Shown here in pieces: positions 25,066-32,216 of a DNA stretch of 32,216 nt. Position numbers and translations under genes: made by a program. Numbering within the stretch: the stretch's first letter is position 1; the number at the start of each line of letters is the position of its first letter. This DNA comes from FCB group bacterium (lineage in GTDB: Bacteria; Zixibacteria; MSB-5A5; GN15; FEB-12). The stretch covers positions 1 through 32,216 of the forward strand of contig JAADHM010000056.1 of the NCBI GenBank assembly GCA_013151855.1. The letters are read 5' to 3'. A model generated the notes under the pieces. The model was not told the DNA's origin. It did no database searches and saw only the letters and a list, made by a program, of their open reading frames with translations.

Positions 25066-26121
25066 ATGAGCGGTCTTATTTTAAAAAGTCTCACCAAATC
25101 GTTCGCTTCCCATAAGGTCTTGGAAGATATTTCTTTGGAATTGGCATCGGGGGAGTTGTTGGTTCTTTTGGGTTCTTCGGGGAGCGGGAAATCAACCCTT
25201 CTTCGTTTGATTGCCGGTTTGGAGAAGCCGGATAGCGGCGAGATATATATCAACGACCGCCGGGTAGATAACTTACCTCCGAAAGAACGAAAAGTGGCTA
25301 TGGTTTTTCAAAATTATTCGTTGTATCCTCATATGACCGTGGAGAAAAATCTTTCTTTTCCTCTTAAGGTTGCCGGCGAAAAAAGAAACGAGATTAAGAA
25401 GAAAGTTGTCGACATAGCCCGTATGCTGAAACTGTCAGAAAAGCTGAAAGTGAGACCCGGCCAACTTTCCGGAGGGCAGCGCCAGCGGGTAGCCTTGGGT
25501 AGGGCCATTATTAGAAAACCGTCGTTATTTTTATTGGATGAGCCTTTATCCAATCTCGATGCCAACTTGCGGATGAAGATGCGTCGGGAGATTGTTCGTC
25601 TTCAAAAAGATTTGGGGATAACAACGGTGCATGTTACCCACGACCAGATAGAAGCGTTGACAATGGCTGATCGCATTGCCTTACTTAGCGGTGGGAAATT
25701 GTTACAAACAGGCACCCCACAAGAGCTATACGGAGACCCTCAATCTTTGCCGGTGGCGGAGTTTATCGGTTTTCCCAAAATAAATATTGTGGGAGTGAAA
25801 ATTGAAGACAACCAGCTCATACCTTTTGGCTTTAATGCTTCCCGCTTTAAGTTAAAATATGGAGGGGACGGTTTAATGGTAGGAATAAGACCGGAAGCTA
25901 TTGAAATTAGCGGACAAGGGAAGTTTAAGGCTCAAGTGACGGAATGTGAATATTTGGGAGAGCAGTATATTGTCAAAATGCAATTTAAAGATACGGAGTT
26001 AATATCTTCGGGGAGAAAAAAACCTTTATCGGTGGGACAATCCGTCTTATTTGATCTTTCCGAAAAGGAACTTCTGTTTTTTGATTCTCATACGGGGTTG
26101 CGTATAGATTTTCCCCAATAG
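25066..26121 (+). CDS. ABC transporter ATP-binding protein, MalK/UgpC/MsmX-like (carbohydrate-importer type with C-terminal regulatory/TOBE-like domain)
   Basis: [68 protein letters not shown]. Starts 2 nt after the recF stop. No permease or binding-protein gene is present in the window. Confidence 0.85.
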   Translation: MSGLILKSLTKSFASHKVLEDISLELASGELLVLLGSSGSGKSTLLRLIAGLEKPDSGEIYINDRRVDNLPPKERKVAMVFQNYSLYPHMTVEKNLSFPLKVAGEKRNEIKKKVVDIARMLKLSEKLKVRPGQLSGGQRQRVALGRAIIRKPSLFLLDEPLSNLDANLRMKMRREIVRLQKDLGITTVHVTHDQIEALTMADRIALLSGGKLLQTGTPQELYGDPQSLPVAEFIGFPKINIVGVKIEDNQLIPFGFNASRFKLKYGGDGLMVGIRPEAIEISGQGKFKAQVTECEYLGEQYIVKMQFKDTELISSGRKKPLSVGQSVLFDLSEKELLFFDSHTGLRIDFPQ

Positions 26122-26149
26122 TTATTAATGGGATGGTTAGCTTGGCTTT

Positions 26150-27001
26150 TTAAAGGCGCTGGCAGCGGGGGCAAAAATGGGCTGACCGTGAACCGATTTT
26201 TATCCTTATAATTTTATGACCACAAAAATAGCAGGGGTTTCCTTCATGATGATAAGCTTTGAGATATTTTTGGAAGCGCCCCGGTTTACCGTTTACTCCC
26301 GAAAAGGAATCGACGGAGGTTCCCATATTTTTTATAGCCAGCTTTAAAAGACGTTGTATGTGATAATGAAGGTTAGTTAGTTTTTTTTTGGATATCGAAG
26401 ATGATAGCTTTTGGGGGTGGATGTGAGCAAAGTATAGCGATTCATCGGCATAGATGTTTCCCAAACCGGCGAGGAAAGATTGGTCGAGCAAAGCCGGTTT
26501 TATCATACGGCGAGAAGATTGGCACTTGGCGATAAAGTCGTCGACAGAGATTTCCAACGGTTCGGGACCGAGTTCTTTCAAACCGGGTTGTTCCCATAGC
26601 TCTTCTTGAGGGAAAAGACGAAGCCTTCCGAAACGGCGGTAGTCGTTAAAGTGAAGATGGGAATCTATCTTTTCGCCACTGCTGTCGCTAAGATGGAAGA
26701 TAACCAAATCGTGCTTGTTTATCGGCTGGGGATGGTGGTCATAGAAAAAATGTCCGGTCATTTTTAGATGTACCCACAAGGTGAGATGGTCGGTTAGAGT
26801 AATGAGGATATTTTTACCGCGTCGGTTGACGGCTAATATTTTTTTCCCTTTAAGAAGGTGCTTGAAATCTTTGTTCTTAAAAGAATCGCTTAGAGCGATA
26901 GAGCTGGGGGGAGCGTTTAGGGAGATGCTTTTAATCGTTTTGTTTCGGATTGTTTTGCGCAAGCCTCTAACGACGGTTTCAACTTCGGGGAGTTCCGGCA
27001 T
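26150..27001 (-). CDS. mutM: Formamidopyrimidine-DNA glycosylase (Fpg/MutM)
   Basis: N-terminal MPELPEVETV, the H2TH region, and a C-terminal zinc finger CYFCGHKI...AHFCPRCQ. Confidence 0.9.
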   Translation of the reverse strand: MPELPEVETVVRGLRKTIRNKTIKSISLNAPPSSIALSDSFKNKDFKHLLKGKKILAVNRRGKNILITLTDHLTLWVHLKMTGHFFYDHHPQPINKHDLVIFHLSDSSGEKIDSHLHFNDYRRFGRLRLFPQEELWEQPGLKELGPEPLEISVDDFIAKCQSSRRMIKPALLDQSFLAGLGNIYADESLYFAHIHPQKLSSSISKKKLTNLHYHIQRLLKLAIKNMGTSVDSFSGVNGKPGRFQKYLKAYHHEGNPCYFCGHKIIRIKIGSRSAHFCPRCQRL

Positions 27002-27015
27002 AAAGTTCTCTTCTG

Positions 27016-29877
27016 CTATAACTTTAATGTTTTTTTTAAGTATTTACCGGTATAAGAACCTTTGGTGCGGGCAACTTCTTCGGGAGTGCCCACGGCAATA
27101 ATTTTTCCCCCGTCGTCACCGCCTTCGGGACCGATATCGATAATCCAGTCGGCGGTTTTAACGACATCCAGATTGTGCTCGATGACCAGCACGGTATTGC
27201 CGCGGTTGACCAACTCGTTGAGGACTTTTAAAAGCATACGGATGTCTTCGAAGTGCAGACCGGTAGTGGGTTCATCGAGAATGTATAGGGTGCGACCGGT
27301 AGCTATTTTGGAAAGCTCCGTAGCCAATTTTACCCGTTGGGCTTCCCCGCCCGAAAGAGTGGTGGCTTGCTGTCCCAAATGAATATAGCCAAGACCGACG
27401 TTATATAAAGTTAGCAGTTTGTTTTTGATACGGGGGATATTTTCAAAGAAGTTCAGCGCCTCTTCGACGGTCATATCGAGAATATCGGCGATATTTTTTC
27501 CTTTAAAAGAAATTTCCAAGGTGTCGCGGTTGTATCTTTTACCTTTGCAAACTTCACAGGGAACATAAACATCCGGCAAAAAGTGCATCTCTATTTTAAT
27601 AATTCCATCCCCCCGGCAGGCTTCGCACCGTCCGCCTTTGACGTTGAACGAAAACCGTCCGGGAAGGTAGCCGCGCGCCTTTGCTTCCGGTAGGTTGGAA
27701 AACAGTTCTCGAATGGGAGTGAAAACGCCGGTGTAAGTGGCGGGATTGGAACGAGGGGTGCGTCCAATGGGGGATTGGTTGATATCGATGACTTTGTCAA
27801 TATATTCCAAGCCTTCTATCTTTTCATAAGGTAAAGGCATGGTGCGGCTGTTATAAAAGTGGCGGGCAAAAATGCGATAAAGGGTCTCGTTTATCAAAGT
27901 TGATTTTCCCGAACCGGAAACGCCGGTAATAACGACAAAGCAGCCCAAAGGAATATCAACCTCGACATGCTTTAAATTGTTTCCGCTGGCTCCGTATAAT
28001 TTGACGAATTTACCGTTGGGCAGACGACGCATTTTAGGGGTTTCAATTTGCTTGACGTTGGAAAGGTATTGTCCCGTTATCGATTGTTTGGTTTTTTTTA
28101 TATTGGACAATTTACCGGAAGCGACGATTTGTCCACCGTGAATACCCGCCCCGGGTCCGAGGTCGATGATAAAGTCGGCGTTTTCGATAGTTTCTCGGTC
28201 GTGTTCCACAACCAAAACGGTGTTGCCGATGTCACGCAATTCGGTAAGAGTATTCAGAAGCTTTTTATTATCGCGCTGATGGAGCCCGATGGATGGCTCA
28301 TCGAGAATATAGAGTACTCCCACCAAACGGGAGCCGATTTGCGTGGCTAATCTGATACGTTGTGCTTCTCCACCAGAGAGAGTCGATGCCGCCCGGTTTA
28401 GAGTCAGATAATCCAACCCGACATCGCATAAGAAATGGAGCCGTTCTTTTAACTCTTTTAAGATTTGCTTGGCAATAAGTTGTTGTCGTTGGGAAAGGTG
28501 AATTTTTTTAAAAAAGGCCAAAGCTTGTTTAATAGACATGGCGGTAATGCTGTCAATTGTTTCGCGGTCAATGATAACCGCCAAGGCTTCCGGTCGTAGG
28601 CGGCTACCGTGGCAGGTTGGGCAAGTGGTAATGGACATATAATTTTCAATCCATTGCCTAACGCCACTTGATTCAGTTTGCTTATAGCGTCTTTCTAGAT
28701 GAGGGATAACCCCTTCAAAGGGCGCTTCATAAACTCCCGAACCTTTTCCTTTTCCGGAAGTATGTTCATAGGCAAAAGTAATTTGCTCTCGGCCGGAACC
28801 GTATAGGATAATATCTTGTATTTTCTGCGGGAGTTTATTGAAAGGAGTGGTGAATTTGAAGTGGTAATGTTGGGCTACGCCTTTGAGCATATAACGATAC
28901 CAATTGGACATACTTGCTCCCCCCCAAGGACGGATGGCACCTTCATTGATTGACAAGGAAGGATCGGGGATAACCAGTTGCGGGTCGATTTTCATTTTCT
29001 GCCCCAAACCATCGCAAATAGGACAAGCGCCATAAGGAGAGTTGAACGAAAAAAGACGGGGAGAGAGTTCGTCGTAACTGATATTGCAATTGAGACAGGC
29101 AAACTGCTCGGAAAAAAGGAGGTCTTTGTTTTTAATATTTATTAAAACGGTTCCTTGTGCTGTTTTAAGGGCTGTTTCCACGGAATCGGCCAGACGTCGT
29201 GCGGATTTGGCTTTGACCACCAAACGGTCGACAACGGCTTCAATGGTGTGCTTCTTTTTTTTATCCAAAGAGATATCACTGTCTGTTTCAACAACCTTAC
29301 CGTCGATGCGCAGCCTGACAAAACCTTGACGGCGAGCTTCTTCGATAATTTCCTTATGCTCCCCTTTCTTACCGCGAATTAAGGGCGCCAAAACCATTAA
29401 CCGTATTCCCTCTTCGAAGGATAATACGGAATCAACAATCTGCTGAACGGTTTGCTGAGTTATCGGTTGTCCGCATTTCACGCAATGAGGAACGCCGATA
29501 CGGGCAAACAATAACCGCAGGTAATCATATATTTCCGTGATAGTACCGACGGTAGAACGGGGGTTTTTGGGGGTTCCTTTCTGTTCGATAGAAATTGCCG
29601 GTGAAAGACCTTCGATAAAATCGACATCGGGTTTTTCCATTAGCCCCAAAAACTGACGGGCATAAGCCGATAAGGACTCCACATAACGTCGTTGCCCTTC
29701 GGCATAAATGGTATCAAAAGCCAAAGAGCTTTTCCCTGAACCGGAAAGACCGGTAATTACGGTAAGAGTGTTACGGGGGATTTTGACATCGATATTTTTT
29801 AAATTGTGTTCCCGAGCTCCTTTTATATGAAGAAACTCTTTGTTCTTTTGGTATCTTTTATTGTTGTTTATATGCAT
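27016..29877 (-). CDS. uvrA: Excinuclease ABC subunit A
   Basis: 953 aa. Two ABC modules ([25 protein letters not shown]; LSGGEAQR twice) and zinc modules (CxxC pairs). The stop lies 14 nt upstream of the mutM start, so an operon is likely. Confidence 0.97.
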   Translation of the reverse strand: MHINNNKRYQKNKEFLHIKGAREHNLKNIDVKIPRNTLTVITGLSGSGKSSLAFDTIYAEGQRRYVESLSAYARQFLGLMEKPDVDFIEGLSPAISIEQKGTPKNPRSTVGTITEIYDYLRLLFARIGVPHCVKCGQPITQQTVQQIVDSVLSFEEGIRLMVLAPLIRGKKGEHKEIIEEARRQGFVRLRIDGKVVETDSDISLDKKKKHTIEAVVDRLVVKAKSARRLADSVETALKTAQGTVLINIKNKDLLFSEQFACLNCNISYDELSPRLFSFNSPYGACPICDGLGQKMKIDPQLVIPDPSLSINEGAIRPWGGASMSNWYRYMLKGVAQHYHFKFTTPFNKLPQKIQDIILYGSGREQITFAYEHTSGKGKGSGVYEAPFEGVIPHLERRYKQTESSGVRQWIENYMSITTCPTCHGSRLRPEALAVIIDRETIDSITAMSIKQALAFFKKIHLSQRQQLIAKQILKELKERLHFLCDVGLDYLTLNRAASTLSGGEAQRIRLATQIGSRLVGVLYILDEPSIGLHQRDNKKLLNTLTELRDIGNTVLVVEHDRETIENADFIIDLGPGAGIHGGQIVASGKLSNIKKTKQSITGQYLSNVKQIETPKMRRLPNGKFVKLYGASGNNLKHVEVDIPLGCFVVITGVSGSGKSTLINETLYRIFARHFYNSRTMPLPYEKIEGLEYIDKVIDINQSPIGRTPRSNPATYTGVFTPIRELFSNLPEAKARGYLPGRFSFNVKGGRCEACRGDGIIKIEMHFLPDVYVPCEVCKGKRYNRDTLEISFKGKNIADILDMTVEEALNFFENIPRIKNKLLTLYNVGLGYIHLGQQATTLSGGEAQRVKLATELSKIATGRTLYILDEPTTGLHFEDIRMLLKVLNELVNRGNTVLVIEHNLDVVKTADWIIDIGPEGGDDGGKIIAVGTPEEVARTKGSYTGKYLKKTLKL

Positions 29878-30007
29878 TTATTCTCCAAAAAAGCCAATTT
29901 ATTAATATAATCATTTTAGCCCGAAATGAAAGAAAAAGAGTGGTATATAAAATCACTTTTTTAATAATTCAAATATTATTAGGGGTAAAATTATCCGCTG
30001 AAAAGAC

Positions 30008-30035
30008 TTGACATCGTTATTGACTACGGTAAATT
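30008..30035 (+). promoter_or_regulatory. Candidate promoter for the methyltransferase/ECF-S gene pair
   Basis: TTGACA (30008-30013), 16-nt spacer, TAAATT (30030-30035). The -10 box ends only 9 nt before ATG 30045, implying a very short or absent leader. Confidence 0.3.
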
Positions 30036-30044
30036 ATTACCATT

Positions 30045-30647
30045 ATGCATGATAAACATCAGCAATTTTTCGATTCTCTGGCGGCAGAATGGGATTTAAT
30101 GTTTACCGCTGAAGATTTGGAGCTGCTTAATAACATTGTGGAACAGCTTAATGTCCAAAAAGGCATGGATATTATTGACCTTGGTTGTGGCACGGGGATT
30201 TTGTTTGATATGTTGCGGAGGAAAGTCGGTGATGAGGGCTCGGTTACGGGAGTTGATTTTTCCTTTGAAATGGCGCAGAAGGCTCTTCGGAATTTCCCCT
30301 TTCCCAATATAAATGTTGTCGATGCCGACGCTATCAGCTTGCCGTTTGCCGATTCATCGTTTGATATGGCCGTGGCATTTGCCGCTTTTCCTCATTTTTC
30401 CAATCAGCAGAAAGCTCTTGATGAAACACATCGGGTGTTGAAAAAAAACAGTAAATTATATATCATTCATTTGATTTCCTCGCGCGAATTGACGGAAATG
30501 CATCAAAAAATAGGTGGTGTGTTGGCTGGAGACCAGATCCCGCCGGAAGATAAACTGCGTAAGATGTTTGAAAACAGCAAGTTCAAAGATGTTATTATTG
30601 AAGACCACCCCGGCTTGTTTTTAGCTATTGCCACCAACAGTAAATAA
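30045..30647 (+). CDS. Class I SAM-dependent methyltransferase (Methyltransf_11/UbiE-like)
   Basis: Motif I IIDLGCGTGILF, then VTGVDFS, and later FDMAVAFAAFPHF. Confidence 0.8.
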   Translation: MHDKHQQFFDSLAAEWDLMFTAEDLELLNNIVEQLNVQKGMDIIDLGCGTGILFDMLRRKVGDEGSVTGVDFSFEMAQKALRNFPFPNINVVDADAISLPFADSSFDMAVAFAAFPHFSNQQKALDETHRVLKKNSKLYIIHLISSRELTEMHQKIGGVLAGDQIPPEDKLRKMFENSKFKDVIIEDHPGLFLAIATNSK

Positions 30648-30659
30648 AATTTTATCAAA

Positions 30660-31184
30660 GTGCCTCCTTTGAAATCAGAAGCAAAATTTATAACTCATTT
30701 AGCTTTGTATTTGGCTTTGGCGGTTTTGCTTCCCATAGGATTTCATTCTTTTGGTATGGCGGGAAGAATTTTTCTTCCTATGCATATACCGGTTTTATTA
30801 GCGGGTTTTTTGGTCGGTCCTTGGTGTGGGTTGATTGTGGGGCTTTTGGCTCCCGGGCTGTCGTTTCTTCTTACCGGTATGCCGCCGGCTTACGCGGTGC
30901 CTTTGATGTCGATGGAGCTACCTATTTACGGTTTTGCGGCGGGTATTTTTTATAATCGCTTGAAGTTGAATGTTTATGTGGCGCTTATCGTGGCGATGAT
31001 ATTGGGACGGGCGATGTTTGGTGTGGGGTTGTTTTTGTTGGGTATGTTCATAAAATTACCGTATTCAGCCGCCGCTTTTTTTTCTGCCGGGGGAGCGATT
31101 GTGACCGGTTTACCAGGGATTATCATTCAGATAATAATTGTTCCCATTATTGTGGCGGCGGTTAAAAGAAACCAACAGGCTTAA
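30660..31184 (+). CDS. ECF-transporter S-component-like small membrane protein
   Basis: 174 aa, GTG start, about 5-6 TM helices. FLPMHIPVLLAGFLVGPWCGLIVGLLAPGLSFLLTGMP resembles the ECF S-component (DUF3816-type) family. No EcfA or EcfT gene is present in the window. Confidence 0.55.
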   Translation: MPPLKSEAKFITHLALYLALAVLLPIGFHSFGMAGRIFLPMHIPVLLAGFLVGPWCGLIVGLLAPGLSFLLTGMPPAYAVPLMSMELPIYGFAAGIFYNRLKLNVYVALIVAMILGRAMFGVGLFLLGMFIKLPYSAAAFFSAGGAIVTGLPGIIIQIIIVPIIVAAVKRNQQA

Positions 31185-31212
31185 TAAAAGGGACGCCACA
31201 CAACAAAATCAA

Positions 31213-31256
31213 AGCAGGTCTTAAATTTGAGTGTAAAACTAAAACCTGCCTTTTAT
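31213..31256. terminator. Possible terminator between convergent genes
   Basis: GCAGGT...ACCTGC 6-bp stem with a large, partly paired loop, followed by CTTTTAT. Weak. Confidence 0.3.
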
Positions 31257-31285
31257 ATAAAGCTTTAATTACTTACGGATAAGAT

Positions 31286-32216
31286 TTAGGGACAAGCCAC
31301 AGGTGCGGGTCCATTAGCAAAAGCATAGTTAGCCAAATAAGTAACATCGGCAATATTAACAGAACCATCTCCATTAATATCTGCTTCATCATTACAAACA
31401 GGGGGATTACCCCCAGCAAAAGCATAATTTGCTATATAGATAACATCGGCAACATTAACTTTATCATCTGGGTCACCATCGACATTACCCCGGATACCTA
31501 CACAACAACCACTGCTTAGCTTGGTGACAAAAATATCTCCACTACCCTGATATGTTCCCTGATACGAGTTAAGTGTCGGGAAATCGGAGGAATATGTATA
31601 TCCTATTACATATGCCGCCCCAGAAGCATCTACTGCGATGCCTTTACCCTCTTCACCTCCACTCGCCCCCAAATAAGTGCTGTAAACCATGGAATTGCCG
31701 ATGCTATTGAGTTTGGAGATAAAAGTATTATAAAGACCACCACCATAAGTGCTCTGGTAAGAGTTTTGGGTAGGAAAATCTAAAGAACTTGTCGATCCTG
31801 TCACATAAGCCGCCCCAGTAACATCTACCGCTATGCTGTAACCATGATCATCATCACTCCCCCCCAAATAAGTACTGTAAACCAAGGAATTGCCGCCGCT
31901 GCTAAGCTTGGTAATAAAAACATCAACATTACCACCATCATGAGCACCCTGGTAAGGGTTTTGAGTAGGAAAATTAAGTGAACTAGTATATCCAATAACA
32001 TAAGCCATCTCAGAGGCATCTACCGCTATACCATCACCCTCATCATAACCACTCCCTCCCAAATAAGTGCTGTAAACTAGGGAATTGCCGCTGCTGCTAA
32101 GCTTGGTGATAAAAACATCCATATAACCACCACCATAAGTGCTCTGGTAAGAGTTTTGGGTGGGGAAATCAGATGATTTAGTATATCCTGTTACATAAGC
32201 CGCTCCAGAGGCATCT
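31286..32216 (-). CDS. SBBP (beta-propeller) repeat protein with two C-terminal dockerin-like Ca-binding modules; 5' end lies beyond the right window edge
   Basis: The reading frame stays open upstream of the track's Met at 32122 (...DASGAAYVTGYTKSSDFPTQNSYQSTYGGGY-MDVFITKL...). The repeat unit is VYSTYLGGSG.D.G.GIAVD.SGAAYV.G.T.S.DFPT.N.YQ....G..D.F..KL. The C-terminus is CCVGIRGNVDGDPDDKVNVADVIYIANYAFAGGNPPVC-NDEADINGDGSVNIADVTYLANYAFANGPAPVACP. Confidence 0.75.
   Translation of the reverse strand, partial: DASGAAYVTGYTKSSDFPTQNSYQSTYGGGYMDVFITKLSSSGNSLVYSTYLGGSGYDEGDGIAVDASEMAYVIGYTSSLNFPTQNPYQGAHDGGNVDVFITKLSSGGNSLVYSTYLGGSDDDHGYSIAVDVTGAAYVTGSTSSLDFPTQNSYQSTYGGGLYNTFISKLNSIGNSMVYSTYLGASGGEEGKGIAVDASGAAYVIGYTYSSDFPTLNSYQGTYQGSGDIFVTKLSSGCCVGIRGNVDGDPDDKVNVADVIYIANYAFAGGNPPVCNDEADINGDGSVNIADVTYLANYAFANGPAPVACP
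31500..32216 (-). repeat. 195-bp (65-codon) tandem coding repeats
   Basis: The marker AAATAAGT(G/A)CTGTAAAC recurs at 31671, 31866 and 32061, an exact 195-bp spacing. The repeats continue to the window edge. Confidence 0.85.

Noticed and set aside
29878-30044. Riboswitch (for example TPP/THI-box) upstream of the methyltransferase/ECF S-component pair
   Set aside because: No CTGAGA/ACCCTG-type THI-box core or other riboswitch signature I recognise. The best promoter leaves almost no leader.

Overview
This window looks like a chromosomal replication-origin neighbourhood from a moderately AT-rich, probably uncultivated bacterium. I cannot assign a lineage from sequence alone. Almost all of it is housekeeping. 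On the minus strand: rpmH-rnpA-yidD-yidC (yidC runs off the left edge), an ArsB/NhaD/CitMHS-type permease, recA, a GNAT acetyltransferase, trmO, and uvrA-mutM. On the plus strand: dnaE, ileS (type 2)-dksA/traR-like-lspA, and dnaA-dnaN-recF followed by an orphan MalK/UgpC-like ABC ATPase. There are also two SAM methyltransferases, an ECF S-component-like membrane protein, and a partial SBBP-repeat protein with dockerin-like C-terminal modules that runs off the right edge. I found no transposase, integrase, CRISPR array, tRNA/rRNA gene, or recognisable defence or toxin-antitoxin module, so I do not claim a clear-cut novel system. Six things are worth a second look. (1) A two-gene operon encodes a Q-loop-less CydA-like membrane protein fused to a di-haem cytochrome c, plus a coupled partner subunit; two exported CXXC thioredoxin-fold proteins lie next to it. 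(2) A 558-aa GlpX (class II FBPase)-like protein has large N- and C-terminal extensions and sits between copies of a conserved REP-like hairpin. (3) A composite cluster of hairpin repeats lies between that gene and recA. (4) A candidate oriC in the dnaA-dnaN spacer carries co-oriented DnaA boxes and an AT-rich unwinding region. (5) Several palindromic operator-like sites are present. (6) lspA must start translation inside the dksA-like gene. All functional calls come from motifs I read in the translations. No database search was run.
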